From Camelus dromedarius (lineage: Eukaryota), in the NCBI RefSeq assembly GCF_036321535.1, contig NC_087436.1, positions 558,001-622,000 on the forward strand: DNA of 64,000 nt. The letters run 5' to 3'. Shown in pieces: positions 61,502 to 64,000 of the stretch. Made by a program: the position numbers and the translations under genes. Each line of letters begins with the position of its first letter. The first letter of the stretch is position 1. The notes below the pieces were generated by a model. The model was not told where the DNA came from. It did no database searches and worked only from the letters and a program-made list of their open reading frames with translations.

Positions 61502-64000
61502 GAGTTGGAGCTTGTACCTCCCCATATATATGTATGGAATGGAGTTTGCAACTGAAAAGAAACTTTGTGTTCCCAACAAGCTAGGTGAAGGATGGCTTTC
61601 ACACACAATTATCTCTCAGAACAGAGCAAGTAGAGAGACGTTCGTTCATCTAGCACCTAGGGAACGGGTTGCAGGAGACACTTTTTCTCTGTTTTCTCAG
61701 TCTGTTACCTAGTGCCGGTTTGAAGTTCCTGCAGTTTTCACTGTCAAACCGAGTTGGAGCTAGTACCTCCCCATATATATGTATGGAATGGAGTTTGCAA
61801 CTGAAAAGAAACTTTGTGTTCCCAACAAGCTAGGTGAAGGACGGCTTTCACACACACTTATCTCTCAGAACTGAGCAAGTGGAGAGACGTTCGTTCATCT
61901 AGCACCAGGGAACGGGTTGCAGGAGACACTTTTTCTCTGCTTCCTCAGTCTGTTTCCTAGTGCCGGTTTGAAGTTCCTGCAGTTTTCACTGTAAAACCGA
62001 GTTGGAGCTTCTACCTCCTCATATATATGTATGGAATGGAGTTTGCAACTGAAAAGAAACTTTGTGTTCCCAAAAAGCAAGGTGAAGGACTGCTTTCACA
62101 CACACTTATCTCTCAGAACTGAGCAAGTGGAGAGACGTTCGTTCATCTAGAACCAAGGGAACGGGTTGCAGGAGACACTTATTCTCTGCTTTCTCAGTCT
62201 GTTTCCTAGTGCCGGTTTGAAGTTCCTGCAGTTTTCACTGTAAAACCGAGTTGGAGCTTGTACCTCCCCATATATATGTATGGAATGGAGTTTGCAACTG
62301 AAAAGAAACTTTGTGTTCCCAAAAAGCAAGGTGAAGGACTGCTTTCACACACACTTATCTCTCAGAACTGAGCAAGTGGAGAGACGTTCGTTCATCTAGC
62401 ACCAAGGGAACGGGTTGCAGGAGACACTTTTTCTCTGCTTTCTCAGTCTGTTTCCTAGTGCCGGTTTGAAGTTCCTGCAGTTTTCACTGTAAAACGGAGT
62501 TGGAGTTTCTACCTCCCCATATATATGTATGGAATGGAGTTTGCAACTGAAAAGAAACTTTGTGTTCCCAACAAGCTAGGTGAAGGACGGCTTTCACACA
62601 CACTTATCTCTCAGAACTGAGCAAGTGGAGAGACTTTCGTTCATCTAGCACCAAGGGAACGGGTTGCAGGAGACAATTTTTCTCTGCTTTCTCAGTCTGT
62701 TTCCTAGTGCCGGTTTGAAGTTCCTGCAGTTTTCACTGTCAAACCGAGTTGGAGCTAGTACCTCCCCATATATATGTATGGAATGGAGTTTGCAACTGAA
62801 AAGAAACTTTGTGTTCCCAACAAGCTAGGTGAAGGACGGCTTTCACACACAATTATCTCTCAGAACTGAGCAAGTGGAGAGACTTTCGTTCATCTAGCAC
62901 CAAGGAAACGGGTTGCCGGAGACACTTTTTCTCTGCTTTCTCAGTCTGTTTCCTAGTGCCGGTTTGAAGTTCCTGCAGTTTTCACTGTCAAACCGAGTTG
63001 GAGCTTGTACCTCCCCATATATATGTATGGAATGGAGTTTGCAACTGAAAAGAAACTTTGTGTTCCCAACAAGCTAGGTTAAAGACGGCTTTCACACACA
63101 CTTATCTCTCAGAACAGAGCAAGTGGAGAGACGTTCGTTCATCTAGCACCAAGGGAACGGGTTGCAGGAGACACTTTTTCTCTGCTTTCTCAGTCTGTTT
63201 CCTAGTGCCGGTTTGAAGTTCCTGCAGTTTTCACTGTAAAATCGAGTTGGAGCTAGTACCTCCCCATATATATGTATGGAATGGAGTTTACAACTGAAAA
63301 GAAACTTTGTGTTCCCAACAAGCTAGGTGAAGGACGGCTTTCACACACACTTATCCCTCAGAACTGAGCAAGTGGAGAGACGTTCGTTCATCTAGCACCA
63401 AGGGAACGGGTTGCAGGAGACACTTTTTCTCTGCTTTCTCAGACTGTTTCCTAGTGACTGTTTGAAGTTCCTTCAGTTTTCACTGTAAAACCGAGTTGGA
63501 GCTATTACCTCCCCATATATATGTATGGAATGGAGTTTGCAACTGAAAAGAAACTTTGTGTTCCCAACAAGCTAGGTGAAGGACGGCTTTCACACACACT
63601 TATCTCTCAGAACTGAGCAAGTGGAGAGACGTTCGTTCATCTAGCACCAAGGGAACGGGTTGCAGGAGACACTTTTTCTCTGCTTCTCAGTCTGTTTCCT
63701 AGTGCCGGTTTGAAGTTCCTGCAGTTTTCACTGTAAAACCGAGTTGGAGCTAGTACCTCCCCATATATATGTATGGAATGGAGTTTGCAACTGAAAAGAA
63801 ACTTTGTGTTCCCAACAAGCTAGGTGAAGGACGGCTTTCACACACACTTATCTCTCAGAACAGAGCAAGTGGAGAGACGTTCGTTCATCTAGCACCAAGG
63901 GAACGGGTTGCAGGAGACACTTTTTCTCTGCTTTCTCAGTCTGTTTCCTAGTGCCGGTTTGAAGTTCCTGCAGTTTTCACTGTCAAACCGTGTTGGAGCT

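Larger units (their letters stand above)
1..64000. repeat. Tandem satellite DNA array, 249-bp monomer, about 257 head-to-tail copies, runs off both ends; probably centromeric or pericentromeric (inference)
   Basis: The motif GAGTTGGAGC recurs at 67, 316, 564 and onward (spacing 249 or 248) to the end of the window. Every line matches the same unit in the same orientation. ORF-track entries recur at multiples of about 249 bp. Confidence 0.99.

Noticed and set aside
215..63951. More than 100 short ORFs (60-137 aa, e.g. MYGMEFATEKK..., MCVKAVLHL..., MQESLF...)
   Set aside because: They are translations of the satellite monomer. 249 is divisible by 3, so frames recur, and ORFs open or close with single SNPs or indels (e.g. 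TGA>AGA/CGA in AACTGAGC). They occur on both strands and in several frames, many start at TTG/GTG, and I recognise no protein domain.
1..64000. CRISPR array or repeat-spacer system
   Set aside because: There are no unique spacers. The entire 249 bp is repeated, and there are no cas genes or leader.
1..64000. Canonical primate alpha satellite or an intact CENP-B box
   Set aside because: The period is 249 bp, not about 171 or 340 bp. Similarity is limited to short motifs, and I found no TTCGnnnnAnnCGGG match on either strand.
1..64000. Assembly artefact or synthetic concatemer
   Set aside because: Copies carry hierarchical shared and private variants consistent with natural satellite evolution. 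Exact copy numbers of near-identical blocks still need read validation.

Overview
The whole 64-kb window is one uninterrupted, head-to-tail tandem satellite array in a single orientation. The monomer is 249 bp (about 257 copies, about 46% GC by hand count), and the variants I found are 247-249 bp. I saw no genes, RNA genes, transposon insertions, inversions or CRISPR spacers; every ORF in the track is a by-product of the repeat. The organisation resembles a eukaryotic centromeric or pericentromeric satellite, but I cannot name the family or species from the sequence alone. Structure appears at three scales. (1) The monomer looks like an ancient dimer of 122 and 127 bp subunits, is tiled by short inverted repeats, and has no intact CENP-B box, only a split look-alike. 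(2) Diagnostic SNPs and indels define variable higher-order repeats (HORs) from 2-mers to 22-mers, produced by nested duplication and deletion of whole monomers. (3) The window has three domains: a 6/8/9-mer expansion (about 1-23 kb), a 21/22-mer triplication with private variants and EcoRI sites (about 27.7-42.2 kb), and a mosaic domain (about 42.2-64 kb) that preserves an apparent ancestral 20-monomer order. Domain and duplication boundaries are approximate because they were read by eye.
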